The notes under the pieces: model-generated
What the model saw: only the letters and a program-made list of their open reading frames with translations
Told to the model about the DNA's origin: nothing
Databases searched by the model: none
Program-made: the position numbers and the translations under genes
Shown: piece by piece, positions 10,477-24,690 of the stretch
Layout of the letters: each line of letters opens with the position of its first letter
Position numbering within the stretch: position 1 is the stretch's first letter
Assembly (NCBI RefSeq): GCF_018350175.1
Contig: NC_058368.1
Coordinates: 5,704,001 to 5,768,000 of the forward strand
Length of the DNA: 64,000 nt
Direction: 5' to 3'
From: Felis catus
Taxonomy: Eukaryota

Positions 10477-13400
10477 TAAGTGAAAAGTGAAGTGGCCGCC
10501 CTAAGTCTTGCTCAGCTGCCCTTGCAATCACCTTTCGTGAACCCTGCGGTAGGGTCCTTTATGCTGTGGGACTTCTCAAGAATCAGGTCTCCTGCATGGC
10601 CAAAAACTGTATGTGGAGGTCATTTCAAATTAGAAAATACTTGGAAGGAAGGAGTCTTCATTTTCCCAGTAACTCACAGTAGGAATCCTTCAAATATAAT
10701 TTATTTAGAGTGTCCGTGTACAGATCTATGTGAACATTAATCACAAAGATGAAATTATAATGTGGGTCATACAGGAAACAATTCATGCTCAACTTTGGCT
10801 TACGTTTCAAAATAATATTGTTTCTGAAATGTCTTGTGTACAAGGTAAGTGAAGCAACTACGTTCCAAGAGAATGTAAATTTTAATTTTATCCATGAGAA
10901 AGAGACGGAATACTCCAAATGAGGGAACACTGAGTTTTGTTTGGGGCAGGCCTGATTCCTCCTACAAACAGTTGCCGACTTCCCTGAAAATTGAGCCTCC
11001 TGGATTGGTTTTACTTTAGGCAAAGCATAATTATTTTGGGGCCCTGAGGTAGAGAATTGAGACTTTAATCCAAACCTTCCAGGAAAAGACATCAGATTTC
11101 ATTTTTATCTCCCCCTTCCTCCCACACTCAATGAGAATTGTTCTTGCCTGACAGTTAAGGATGTCTTTTGAAAAAGTCTTCATTTGGGCATTATCTTGAC
11201 ACCCGATGATGCCTAACGTGGAGAGAGAGAGAGAGAGAGAGGAAGAGAGAGAATTGTATAGCACATATTTTGGGTGGGTTTTTTTTTTTTTCCTCGTCAC
11301 TAAGTTCTGCAACTGTTGGAAAAAAGTAAATAATTCTAATTTATTAAATGGCTTGATTTACCACTACTTTCCTTTTATCTACTAAACCCGTATTTTGTAA
11401 ATAACTGAACTAGAATCTTTGGAAATGAAATTATAGCCAGGAAAGATGTTTTCTTAATCTAATAAATGCACCGAGGGAAAATGTTCTATTATTTGTTCTT
11501 ATAGCACAAAGCCCAATTGTGGCATACCATTTTACCTTGCTAAATTTCTTCAATTTCACATGACAGTTGGGTTAGTTTTAGGTAAATACAACATGACGTT
11601 GGTTACATTAGATCACTTTACAATTTATACTGATTGAGAATAGTGATGCAGTTATAAATTAATCTCAGCCTATTTTAATTCAACTATCTAGATTAATGCC
11701 ATGAAAAAAAAATGTTATTGAGACTGTATTTGCCAAGTGAGACTTTAGCAAAAGTATCTTTCTACCATTTCGAAGAGTGTTGGCCGATGACAGTGTTCGC
11801 TACCTCCTCGCCTTTTCCAATCCGTTCTGAGGAAAAGTTTGCTTCCACCAAGGAAGCAAATTATTCCTTCAAGCAGGACTTGTTTTTGGTTTCCCCTGGC
11901 ACTGTAAAATGAGTGCCATTTACATTTTAGCAAGAATAAATCAAAGGACACTGCCTCCAGCTCCACCGGATGGAAAGAGCAAAAGTCACTTCATTTCCAA
12001 AAAGCTTGCCAGCCGGGTAGGAGCAGGGACCGTGCTCTGTGGTGAGGATGCTGGTGGGGGGCCAACAGAGGCAGACAGACCCCACGCATTGTCCCACCTG
12101 CTACCTCCTGCCCGGCAGGGGCCCAGAAAACAGCCCTTCCCAGGAGCAGACGGCGCCTCAGCTTTGGGCTGAGCCGGAAGGGCCGCTACCAAAGTGCAGG
12201 GACACTTACAGAAATGTTCTTTTGTCGCTTTCTGTTTGGAGAAACCAGGGAGGGTGCGTACCTTGGCTCTCACCTGCAGCATTTGCCCAAAGAATATGCT
12301 CAATTTGCAGTACACATTTCACGCCTCAAGTACAGTCACCTCTGTCCTCAAAAAACGAGAATTTCACAAGTTTACTTGGGAATGCTCCCTGTGATCCCGG
12401 GGCCCATGTTGATACTCCCGGCCCTGACGTCGATGTTGTCGAGTCCCGTAAATTCAGAGGCTTCTCTGGGAAGAGAAAGCCGACTATGAGTCGCACTGTG
12501 ATTTCTCTTTCTGAGCTTTAACTCCCGGGACGTGTTCCGGTTTTCCTCCCTGCACACTGAGCAAAACACACGAACCCTGCTTGTCCACAACCTCCCTTCC
12601 CTGGGTTCCGGGTGTCAACTGTTTATTGAGACACGACGTGCTGTGGCTGTCCTTGGGCTTCCAAGGAGAGTTTTGAGTGAAGTGAATCGGAATTACCGAG
12701 CCCCGGAAGAGCCTGTGGGGCCCGTCAGGGTCTCTCACGGGATGACTCTCTCATCTTGCCTTGGCCCAGTCTTACTGGACTTTTTGTTTTGTCTTGAATG
12801 TTGGAGGTTGCCTCTCTTTTGAAAGAGCTTTTAAATCCCAGCAGGAGGCAGGCCCACCTTTTTGCATGTATTTCTATGAGTGTTTAGGGAAGTGAGCTGT
12901 TCTTTCTCCATTTTCCCCCCTCAGCCTGCCCAGTCCCCCTCTCCCATGTCAGGACCTAGACTGTCTCAGAGTCAGGAAAAAAAAAAAAAAAAGAAAGAAA
13001 GAAAACCGCATGAGGTAATTCAGTCATTTTTTCCATGAAGTCTGTCAGCTTTCTGGTCGAAGATCCGTTAGACTATCTTAAGTCAGATTTGGATGCCATA
13101 AAGTACCTACTCTCTTATCCTATTAACCATAATTTTCATAAGGGACCGAACTAACACATCTTTTACTAAAATAATTGACTGATTATATGTGATACCTGGC
13201 TAATGAGTATTTTTATTAGAAGCATGAAGTTTAAATTGCCCAGAACTATTTTAATACACTTTAGCTTACACACTTCCAAAATGTTTACCCATGACCACAT
13301 TCTTAGGTAAGCTGCCATGTACTCATTCTCATTTAGGAGAAATTCGTTAGTTGCTTTGTAGAAATAATATAAAGCTCAAGGCCACTGGGCACAGGAACCC

Positions 13401-15755
13401 GTCTCCTTTTATCTAACTGTATCTCTTATGCTTTACCAGTCAGCACACAATACGTTCAGCAATTCCAGAATGACTTCATTTCCTTATTATAATCCCAGAT
13501 AGGCAGTTAAATGGAAATAAAAAGTAATAAGAAATTTCTGTATACAAATGAGTCTTGATTTAAAAAAAAACCCAACTAAACTAAGTTTTTGTGAACCAAA
13601 TTGTATTTACATTTTCGTCCACATTTAGTGGAATCGAACATCTCCTTGATTTGCTGCTTTTCCGTGCAGAGGCGGGAGTCAAGGAACAAAGTTTCAGAAA
13701 CAGAAAGATGCAAAGGTCAAGATGCTACGTCGATCTATTTGTGTTAAAAACCCCCGAATACGTGGAGATACCCATAGCTGTATCTGGAGGCTCCCAGCCG
13801 ACTCTCACACTCTGACAGTGGCTAAGCAACCCACGCTACCCCTCGTGGGATCATCTGGTCTTTTGGTGTGGGGTTGGATGGAGCAGCCCCAGACCACAGC
13901 GGGCCAGCCGTTGGGGGACAGTGGGGCTCACTGTGTCACAGCTGTGACTCAGAACAAGCCACACCCCGGTGCCTGGTGAGACCGAACTTGCAGGCCAGTG
14001 GCTGATGCTTAAAGGCCGGCTTTTCACATGTGAACTTTGACAGGGGGAGGAGAGCCATTCATCTAACGAAGAATTTATTAATGAGGTAAAGGCCCTTGAA
14101 AAAGCAGTCTTGCGTTGCTAACGTCACTTCTACCCCAGTGCCACACGCAGAAAGACTCACGGAATCATCCCCAAGCGTTGCCATACGGTGTTCTCAAATG
14201 GTGGTCAAGTCCCATGAGCTAGGTTCGTGGAAATACTGAAAACTTGCTGAGTAATTCTTGGACACCGATGAGTTTCATCCATTAAAAACATGCACAGTGT
14301 CTGGGGGCATTAGGATACTCAGATCATTTCACCCTGAAATGATTTTGTGAATGAGCCAAAACTGGCAGTTTCAATGTAGTGGGTCAGATTCGTTTTCCCT
14401 TGGCCTAAGGTGTAGATTTCCAGCCCGCTGGCCCAGCCTCCCTGTTCCTAGCCTACTTCTTGGTGGCACCCTTGTCCCCCAGCCCAGAAGGTAACTCCGA
14501 GGGCTGTTACGGAGGTTGATGAGCCCTGATTGCTCTGTGTTGGGAGAAAGAGGGAGGAAGGAGGGGAGGGGTGGATTGAGGACCATCCTGAAACAGAGCA
14601 CATGTTCATCCCCCAGGACCCGCAGATGTGTTCTCTGTGTATTTGGGGACCTGTATATCTGGGGTGAATCCTAGCGGAGCGGGGCTTGCCCCTCAGTTGT
14701 CTCCCCATCATCCTAGCCCCGTGGGCCCATGAGATAAAAGTTCAAGTTGGGGGCCCAGCATATTCAATAATAATGAGCAGTGCAAATTTCAACATTCTTT
14801 TTTTACTGTCTCCAGCAAAACGCTAAACGTTTTCTCATTTCTTGTTTAAATTAAAATTCCACAGTCTCTGCTTTGAACTGCAGTATGTTATCACTACTGA
14901 GTCCCGGGACTCGGCTTGATGTAATTAAGGTATTATGTGTTAAAACCTGCGTGGCTAAGTTCTCTTGTTTACTTTGGGGAAAAGGAATGACAGGCACATA
15001 CACAGTGTCTTAGGACTAATACTCCATTATAGATTAACTTGGAGTGTTAGGGGATGACTGGGCGTTATCTTAACAGACTTCTTCCCTTGAAGGTGGAGGG
15101 TGGGAGGAAGAATGCGATTTCACTGCAACAGCTTGCGTCTTCAGAATGTTCCCGTTACGCTGTTTTCGCTTCCTTGCAGAGACGCTCCGTTTTTGTTCTT
15201 GTTCTGTCTTTGAGTCCTGGCACTTAGCAGGGTCTCCACATGTGTTTACGCTGAAATTTATGAAAAGCTTTTTGTAATACAGAAACCTGCCCTATATTGC
15301 TAAGCAATGAGCCCTTTTTCTTTTTAGTTGTCCCCCCCGCCGCCCCGTTTCATACCTGTGTCTAGTCAAATGGCCTTTTCCTTCAGCGGTATCGTTTCCA
15401 ACCAGTAGCTCTGTGTTTAGTCTCAACTTCAGGAAGATCCTGAGATCAGCTGCTTGTTTGAATGTTGTAAGGTATTCTTAGTTTAATCAGAAAAAGAGGG
15501 CAGGCGGTTCTTCCTGCAGTTCGAGGGGGGTGACCTGACCAGGCTGAGGTTTAAACTGTGGTGCAGAGGCCAGCTTATTTCCGTTGCTACATCAGTTGCT
15601 TTACGCCATGGAGACCCACATAGACGGGCCCTGAGGGTAAGTCTCTGCAAGAGAACAGTGGAAAAGCTATGCCTGGATATTTGTACTGACCCTAAATTTC
15701 AGGTCCAGGGTTTGGCTTGAAGAGCATGAACTCCAGCATCAGAAACCCCATTCCC

Positions 15756-15990
15756 GGGGCGCCTGGGTGGCTCAGTCGGTTAAGCATCTGACTTCAGCTC
15801 ACAGTCATGATCTCACGGTCCATGAGTTCGAACCCCACGTCGGGCTCTGTGCTGACAGCTCAGAGTCTGGAGCCTGTTTTGGATTCTGTGTGGTGCCTCT
15901 CTCTGCCCCCATCCCCACCCTCTACCCCCTGACACCTGCCGCTCACACTCTATCTCTCAAAATTAAATAAACATATATACATACGTACAT
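15756..15990 (+). mobile_element. CanSINE
   Basis: Canonical head; degenerate TSD AAA(C/T)CCCATTCC. Confidence 0.92.
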
Positions 15991-16447
15991 AAATCCCATT
16001 CCTGCTGTGACAGTGGCTCTTTTGACGCTAAAAAGAGAACAAACTACTCACCCAGGGTCTGTGATCCCAGTAGGGGCCAGGGCTAAGGGATCCACGTACA
16101 TCCACTAGGGTAAGGATTTAAAGCATCTTCTGGGTTCTTAGGTTCTGCAGTGAAACACTTCGGAGATGGACCCATGAATATCCATGGACCCCGGTCCTTG
16201 GTCTGAAAGGCTGGGTCCTCAGCCAGATTCTAAGGCTTTCAGCAGCAGGCAGCGTTCCTTGGCGGATGTGGGCTAACCTCTGAGGCTCACGGTCCAAGTG
16301 TGTTCTGGGGGACTTGGGATGCTTCCCAGTGTATGAAAGTGGAGCCCCGGCCACGCACCGGGACTGTGTTCCATGATGTCCGGAGCTGCAGCCTCGGCGT
16401 CCAAGGGCATCCAGATGTGGCCCCAAAAGGGAGCAGCCAGGCTTTAA

Positions 16448-16771
<324 letters not shown>

Positions 16772-18539
16772 TAAATCGCATTTTCTCAGTGGCCACGTGA
16801 GATGCGGCCTGTCCCCAGGTAAAGCTGAGGGTTTTCACGGGGTCTGGGCATGGCCAAAACAGCCCACGTGCAGAAAACAGAAATAGCAGCGATACTATCC
16901 CGAGGTGGAAAAGGTCTGTTTCAGTCTTGTTACCAAAGCTAGGCCTTTTGATGTTAGGCCCAATTATTATACTCCATGATGAGTAGCTACCATGAAGGTT
17001 TGCATGCCGAACAATGTGTGTTTTTCATGTAAATCTTGTTACGGTTCATGGCAAGTGTACCTGGGGCCTTTTGTTGTGCTTTTACTGAATTGTGATTTTC
17101 TACTGGTGTTGAGAAAGTATCATGTGACGTATGGGCGAGTTCGCAGGAACAAACGCTATCGTTCCGTCTCCTTATTTCCCGTGGGACATCGGCCTCCTCT
17201 TTCCCGTACCTAAAAGTTGGGCATGTGAACAGCTTTTGATTAATCCTGTACGTCACAGTGTTATTAGATTGCATTTAGTTAAAGCCCACATACTACCAAA
17301 GGAAGCTGACCTGGACCCAAGAACAACTTAGTATTGCCGTCTTAGACACATGGAATGTCTGGAAAACTCGGAGTACCACTCTCCTATACGTGGGTTTAAG
17401 GAAATCTGTAGCTCACTGCTAGGAAAACAGAAATCTGCAAGCTGAAGACGTCTGGAGATTCCTACTGTGTGTCTTAATGTTTCAGTTCTGTTGGATCCTA
17501 CCATCTTCCAAAGCAATGAAGACAAAAGCATTTTCTTTTTTAACCCAGAGTTTGAGAACTATTAGGAATATAACTTCAAATAACTTCAGATACTTCAGGG
17601 AAGGGAAGAAACTTCAGATACTCACAACTTGAGCGTGTAGTTCAAGTTGTGGTTTTTGTGTTTGTTCATGACGTTTTTTTTAACAAGTGAGGCCATTAGC
17701 ATTCATTATATGGCAGCTGTGCCAGTCGCTGTAAAAAATAATCTGTCAACAAGACAAAAATCACTGTCTTCAATAAGCTGAAAGCCATGACTGGGTGGGG
17801 ACAGCGGCCGGGCTTGAAGCAGATCTATATAGAAGGGTTACACACGGCAGCACATGGCTAAGGCCTGCTCTGTCCATTAGATACTTTAGGCCCAGTGCTT
17901 AGCACCTACTAGATTTTCAAGGGCCTACAAAATTCTTTGAGACCTGAAAAAAAAAAAAAAGTTCCTAGGCTCTAAAAATAGGGAGCAGCCTCGGCAAATT
18001 GAAATTAATAAGGGTTTAAAACTCTACAAAAGGCAGATCAGTCTTAGTAACTGTTAGATGTAATACGCATGCTGAGTTTTAGCATCTTTGAAAACAACTC
18101 ACAGGGCCTCCTAGATCCCAAGCATGCTCGCATATACCCAGTGACTGCTGAGAGATCATAGGCAATTCCTAAGTAAAATGAGAATTTCAAAGCAAAATTC
18201 TAAAAACTCTTCTGCAGCATTTGACAGGAAAACCTTGCGCCCGGCGTGGCATAAGAATGCGCTTCACCGTGTTTGATCCAACGTGGGGCCGGGGTCTCGT
18301 TCTGGTCCGGGAGCTTAAAACAGGCCTGGACACGGGGCCGGTAGCGTGGAGGGCGTTCAGAGGAGGCGACAACCCGGGAGGTCATCTGGCGTGGGAGATG
18401 AAGGGCTTCACGTTAGAGATGGGATGGGAAACAGGGCTTGGAGGAGGCGGGCAGAGGGAAATACTGAGTGTGTGTTTCCAGCAGAGGGAGCAGCCCGTGC
18501 AGAGGCGCTGGTAGGATTGTGTGCCCGTGTGCATCCCCC

Positions 18540-18740
18540 AGAGATCTGGAGCCTGCGTGTGAATTCTGGCTCAGCTGTTTGCTGCTTAGCCGCGTGACCT
18601 TGGACAAGATATTTTACATAGTGAGATGGTCTCTTCATCTGTAACCGAAGACCAATATTTGGGAGAAGGCGGGTTGGGACTTGACGAAACAATACGGACC
18701 ACACGGCAGGTCGCCTGACCCGTGGCAGGAGCACAGTGTC
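18540..18740 (+). mobile_element. MIR fragment
   Basis: Core-like GAATTCTGGCTC...GTGACCTTGGACAAG...CATCTGTAA. Confidence 0.6.
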
Positions 18741-21581
18741 CCCGCTGCTGGTCTTTAGTTTGGCTGGAGAGCTGTGATGTTGAAGGCGGATGCGGGCTGT
18801 GAGCCCATCCCTCCTTACAGTTCATAAAAAGAATGTCATTGTTAAAATTCACGTGTCCTGTTCAAAATGCACTTCTCAGGGTTCAAATGAGTGTCCGAAA
18901 GTAATGAGAGTTTAAATGGGGCTTCCTACCTTCTGCACCTTCAAACCTGTTTTCTGATCACTCTGTAAACGTGACGATTGTGTGGCTGGAGTGATTGCAC
19001 AAGAACGTGAGTGTGCACCCCCACTCCGTGGCTCCGGTTCCCTTGGGCTCTCGTCGAGGTGTGTTGCCTCACTTTTGTGTTCCTAGCAGAAGAACCTTCG
19101 GGGATGCCCCGCCTCCCATCATCCTCAGACCACCCCCCACCCCCGCCCCTGACCCACCACCATTTGTTTTTCCTCCCTCCTAATTGCTCCCAGATTTTCT
19201 GGGTGGTCCATTTGCAAACTAGATAGTGGCTACGGGCTGTTCTGATTTTGTCCTGCCTGGTCTCACAACTTTTCGTTCATCGCCTTTGTTTGCTCCTTTC
19301 ACACCTGCCTAGATTCCTGTGCACCTCTGGTGCAGGGAGGCGTGGGGGCGGGTCAGCCCGGGAAGGGGTGGGGGAGGTTTCTTCAGCTCGGCCCTTCCTT
19401 GTAAAGACTTAGAGACGCCGTCGTTGAGAGATCCTGAGTACTCTTCTCACATCCCCGTTTCTCATTCCCGCCCCCCATCTAATATTTCACTTCACTCGTG
19501 CATCTGTCTTTGGCTGTTAGTCGGGCGCATCGTAGAAGCTCTGTAAATATTTGTTGACCGCCTGGAAATGTGAAAGCCCTGCGAGTTGATGGTTGGGCAG
19601 GGAGAGTGAGCCTGCACTATCCGTGCGGACCTCCCAGTCCCTGTTGTGTGGGCTCATGTGGAACGCGGCCCCAGAGAGATGCTGAGAGAGACATAGGTGG
19701 CCACTCGGCCCTTAGTGAGGGGCGCTTTTATATCATGGCTTAAGAATGGAGCTAACAGAGTCACAGACGGAGAGGCACGTAGGACATTAGCCTGTGCATG
19801 CTCGGATGACAGCCCCCAGCCCATCCTGCTCGCCAGGTGTCCTCAACACCCCTAACCACGGGAGAGCTCGGAACACCTTCCCTAGGGCCTCTTCAGGACA
19901 TCCTGCCAAGTCATAAAAGCCAGGTCCAAGTCGCCGGCAAATATCGTAGCAGTTTTTCTCAGGAATGTAACTCACAAGAAATGGAGCAAAAATGTTTATG
20001 CATTAATCTTGAGAAGTCCTCTTGTGCCAAATTTGCAAGTATAATTTTGAAACGGTAGCTAGGGATTCTGTGTCCCTCTGTGCTCTTTAGCCATTCAATA
20101 AAATACTTTTAACTTACCGTTTGACTGATCTTGTCGAAGCCCCAAACTTCACACTCTTGGTAAACATGAAAATGTCATTAGCATGCCTCCACACTCCTGC
20201 ATTAGTAAGTCTTGACTTCTGAAATGAACCTGTGTCATTGATGCATAATTAAACCTGTCCTCGTGACTTAGAGAAAACAGGCTGATAAAAAGATGACATC
20301 TGAGAATGAGACATCCAGAAAGTGCAGGGCAGTAAGAAAATGCCTCCAGTGGTGAGCAGAAGTGTCTTGATTTTGTTTTGTCCTTCCCCGATGAAACATT
20401 TTTCTTGACGTATTGTTTGCATACCCTCCCAAATACCAGACGCTTGTTAATATTTGCATTGGTAAGAATACCTTTCCCCAAACCGTCTTCCCCAGAAAGC
20501 TTCACCAAGATATAACCAAGATAGAGTCTGTTATGCATTTCAGGACTTTGCTACAGGGAATAAAAAGGAAAATAAATGAGCTAAAGGGAAGAATTCCTTC
20601 TTTCAGTGTTTTGGTAGTATTTTCGCTCTCTGTATTCCTGAAGTGTAACTCACGCAGTTTTTGTTTTTCTCTGGTGGAAGAAAATCTTCCAATGGCCACT
20701 TACCATTACAAATAGAATTGTTAAAAATGCCTAAGGTGTCACGTACGGGCGACAAACCTTTTTCCCCCTTACCTTGTTTTTCTTTCTTGGTACAAGGTAG
20801 GGGGTGTTCTGATGTTTTCAGTATGAGGGCGGTCGAGAAGAAAGGGGAATATATTTGGTGAAAACATCCAGTTTTCCAGTTATTTAATCTGAATAAACAA
20901 CAAGGAGACCCTTTTGTTGTAGAACTTCTTCCTCTGCATCACAGTTGGTGGGAGGGGGTAGGATAAGGCCCGGTGCTGACTTTCTCCAGTTTCAAGGTCA
21001 AGGAGTTCTGGCTGCTGCCCTTGGCTTCCCCCAGCAAGTCGGTGGGATTCTCCTTCACTTAAGTGCTTCCCTGAAATATACTTCACTCTGTGCCCTGGTA
21101 AAGGTAGCCGGTGACTGGTCTTTGCCACATGGTGAGCGATCACTGAGTCTCTTATTTGGTTTTACGTCCTCGTGAATGCTGATACATGGGCGCTGTGACC
21201 CCGGGGCTGAGCCAGCACACCCAGGGTAATCTAGACAGCCTGTCTGCCTCTTGGGAATTCAGGAGGGAAACGTGATTCACTCCCGTGTGTGGGTGCCACA
21301 GCCTGTGCTCACACAGCTTCCGTTTCATCAAGGGCTACCTCTAGGCAGATAGGCGGGGCGCTGGGCCAAGCCAGCCATCTGGGAATCCTAATGGAATGTT
21401 ATCAGTGGAAAAATAGAGGCCGGAGCCTGAAACACATCAGCAAGATTTTCAAACACACCAAAGTTTATTCCTCCAGCCATCATTCACCTGGTGCTCTTTT
21501 AAAAACCAACCATATTAAAAAAACAAAAACTCCCCAATACGTTTTGAGGTGAGTACTCAATTCAAAAAATATCTACTACAT

Positions 21582-21795
21582 GGGGCGCCTGGGTAGCTCA
21601 GTTGGTTGAGTGTCTTCCTTCAGCTCAGGTCACGGTCTCGTGTTCGCGAGTTCAAGTCCCGCATTGGGCGCACTGCTCTCTATCAGCTCTCACTGCTTCG
21701 GATCCTCTGTCCCCCTCTCTCTCTGCCCCTCTCCCGCTTGCATCCTCTCTCTCGCAAAATAATAAACGTTAAAAAAATAATAAAAAATAAATAAA
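21582..21795 (+). mobile_element. CanSINE
   Basis: Canonical head and A-rich tail; degenerate TSD AAATATC(T/C)ACT. Confidence 0.92.
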
Positions 21796-22264
21796 TATCC
21801 ACTTTGAGCTCTAGACAGAAATCCTTTGATGTGTAAAATAATATTTAAAAGCTATTTGGTGTTAATACACCTCCCAGTCAAAATTGTACAACTGCTGAGT
21901 CAAACAAAAGTGAGTGTAAGCGAGCCTCAAAATGTGAGATACACCAGCTTGATTGTGTATTATTTCCCCAATATAGACTTTGTGTCATTTTAGGAAAAAT
22001 GTTTTTTCCTCCTAGTATTGGCTGCTGGCAGCACCTGACTCTGTCTTCCCTTTGTTTCCCTTTCCCACACTTTTCCTCTCCCTAAAGTATCTATTAGTTT
22101 TTTATTAGCTAAAAGGATAGGAAATTATGGCATCATTTTAGCAAACCTCTCCAGGCCAGGTGGCAAATGTCTGCTTCCAACACCTGGTTAAGATTTCTTT
22201 CACTTCCAGCTGCATTTTTTCCATCACTGTGTCATGAAGCAGAGGAAAGAGTAGAGCACAGAGA

Positions 22265-22440
22265 TAGACAGACCTGAGTTGGGCTCTCAGCCCCCCACCC
22301 CCCTCACTTGGCTGTGTGACCTTGGCTGGGTTAATAACTTCTCTGAACTTTAGCTTTCTCATCATAAAGTTACTTTGAGGTTTAAATGAAATAATACAGA
22401 TTAAATCTATAGCATATGGAGACGTTCAAAAAGTGTTAAT
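22265..22440 (+). mobile_element. MIR fragment
   Basis: GGCTGTGTGACCTTGG...AACTTCTCTGAACTTTAGCTTTCTCATC...TAAATGAAATAAT. Confidence 0.7.
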
Positions 22441-23311
22441 ACCCATGTTGTCTCCTAACGTAGAAGCTGAATAACAAAGTTCCACTGGCCATTTTAACAC
22501 ATGTGGGGTTTTTTCAGAGCTCTTAGAGTGTGAGTCCAGCAGATTCCCTGGCTTGAGTCTTCGGGGTACGCCGCCCTTCCTCCCAACACCCCCCCTCCCC
22601 CCCCAGGCTGGGGCAGAGGGCAGGGCTCCAGCTGAGCCCCAGGCACATCAGAGCTGTGTGAGCAAGCCACCATGAGTTTTGGGTCAAGGACACCGGGAGG
22701 GGGAGAGAGTTCACAACCCTGCCGGTTTCCCGAGTCAGCCTTGCATTTCTGCTTTTACTGACTCCACTTTGCAAAGAAGAGGGGTGCTCCCAGCCAGGCT
22801 GTGTCCCAAACCCAGACTCTCTGTACGCAGCACGTCTGCGCCTGAACTGGCCATCTCCCCCGAGAACCAGCCCATCCCTCAGAGTTCCCTGCCCCCATCG
22901 AGGACGAGTGGCCGCAATACCTCAGAAACCCTCTCTGCATCATCCCGTCCCCTCTTTGCTGTCACGCGCGGCCGGGCTCCGGGGCTTGTAAACAGACCAC
23001 CACTCCACCACCTGGGCCAGTCCCCTGTTTCCGAGGCCAGTGGCTCCTTTGGTGCCCTGTCCCCCTGCTGTGGTGCCTGCCCGGCTCACTCCAGCCTCCA
23101 CGGAGCCAAGACTGTTTCCTGCCGCTCCCTGGTCTAGAACCTTCCCTATTAGCTGTCCAACTGAGTGCAGGCCAGGGACATACACTGATTTCCGCCTCCT
23201 CTCCCTCTTTTTACCGGCGTGGGTCTTAGCCTCCTGCCTCCCCTTGCCCTCCCGAGCTTCCCCTCCCCAGGTTTGGTCACGCTCCTCTGCAGCCCGTGCT
23301 GCCCGTGGCCC

Positions 23312-23908
23312 TTTCTTTTCTTTTCTTCTCTCTTCCGTTCTTTATTCTCAGGTTCGTTAACATACAGTGTAGCCTTGGCTTCAGGAGTAGAGTCCCGCGA
23401 TTCATCGCTTACATGCAACACCCAGTGCTCATCCCAACAGGTGCCCTCCCCAGTGCCCATCAGCCACATTCCCCTCCCCCCTCTGCATCAACCCTCAGTT
23501 TGTTCCCTGTGTTTGAGAGTCTCTGATGGTTTGCCTCCCTCTCTGTTTGTATCTGATTTCCCCTTCCCTTCCCGTAGGTTCATCTGTTGAGTTTCTCAGA
23601 TTCCACATGAGTGAAATCACGTGATATCTGTCTTCCTCTGACTTATTTTGCTTAGCATAATACCCTCCAGTTCCATCCATGTTCTTGCAAATGGCAAGAT
23701 GCCATTCTTTTTCATCGCCGAGTAGTATTCCATCGCGTATCTAGACCACATCTTCTTTATTCATCAGTTGATGGACGTTTAGGCTCTTTCCATAATTTGG
23801 CTATTGTTGAAAGCGCTGCCATAAACATTGGGGTGTGTGCGCCCCTTTGATTCAGCACTCCCGTATCCTTTAGATAAGTTCCTAGTGGTGCAGTTGTTAG
23901 ATTGTAGG
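23312..23908 (-). mobile_element. Carnivore L1 3' end, 5'-truncated
   Basis: T-rich start; AACACCCAGTGCTCATC...CTTAGCATAATACCCTCCAGTTCCATCCATG typical of carnivore L1; degenerate TSD CCC(G/A)TGG(C/G)CCTT. Confidence 0.9.
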
Positions 23909-24127
23909 CCCCATGGGCCTTCTCTGTTGGCTGGTTTTAGGCAAGGGTGTCCACACTGGGTGGAGCTCTGGGCACTCAGGGACAAATGAGGCAGACCCTT
24001 GTCCTGGAGGGACCCGCAGCCCTGAGGACAAACGTTTCCACCTGCAGACATACTCTGACATCACTGAGTTGTCTCTGATTTCTCGCCACTATGATAATGT
24101 CAGCTTGGGCCACCTCTAACGCATTCG

Positions 24128-24690
24128 TTTTGAAAGTGTTTTCAGTTATTCAGATATTCAACATATATGGCAATTAGTGCAAAGAACCCCCCCCACCCAG
24201 TTCTCGCTGCCCAGATTGAGCGCTTACCAAGATTTTGCAGACACCGCTTCATCTAGCTCCTTTGGGGCCCCATTTTTGTTTTGCTGACGCATACAAAGCA
24301 AGTCCTAGATATCACATCTCACCCTTACTTCACGATGCAGCTCTAAATATCACACCATACATTTTCACGTGTATTATCGTTAATACGTTTATACTTGCTT
24401 ACGTTGTTACCTATAAACACTGTAACTCCAACGCCTATTATCACATCTAAAAAATTAACGCTAATCCGTTGGTATCGGTTGATACCCCATCCACAAACAG
24501 ATGTTCTGGATCCTGCCAGGCCTCCCTTTTGGGGGATTTGTTAGGTTTGTATGAGGGTCGAGGCAAGGGACCCAGGTAACCTCGGGTTGCTGTGTTTTCA
24601 AGTTTCTTTTTCTCTCCAGAAGCCCCCTGCCCTTCCTTGTTTTTCACGCCATGGGCTTAACAGAACGTCTGCCCCATTTTCTTTTTCTCA
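24128..24690 (-). mobile_element. Old L1MC/L1ME-like 3' fragment
   Basis: Degenerate similarity to antisense L1M 3' UTR; boundaries approximate. Confidence 0.5.
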
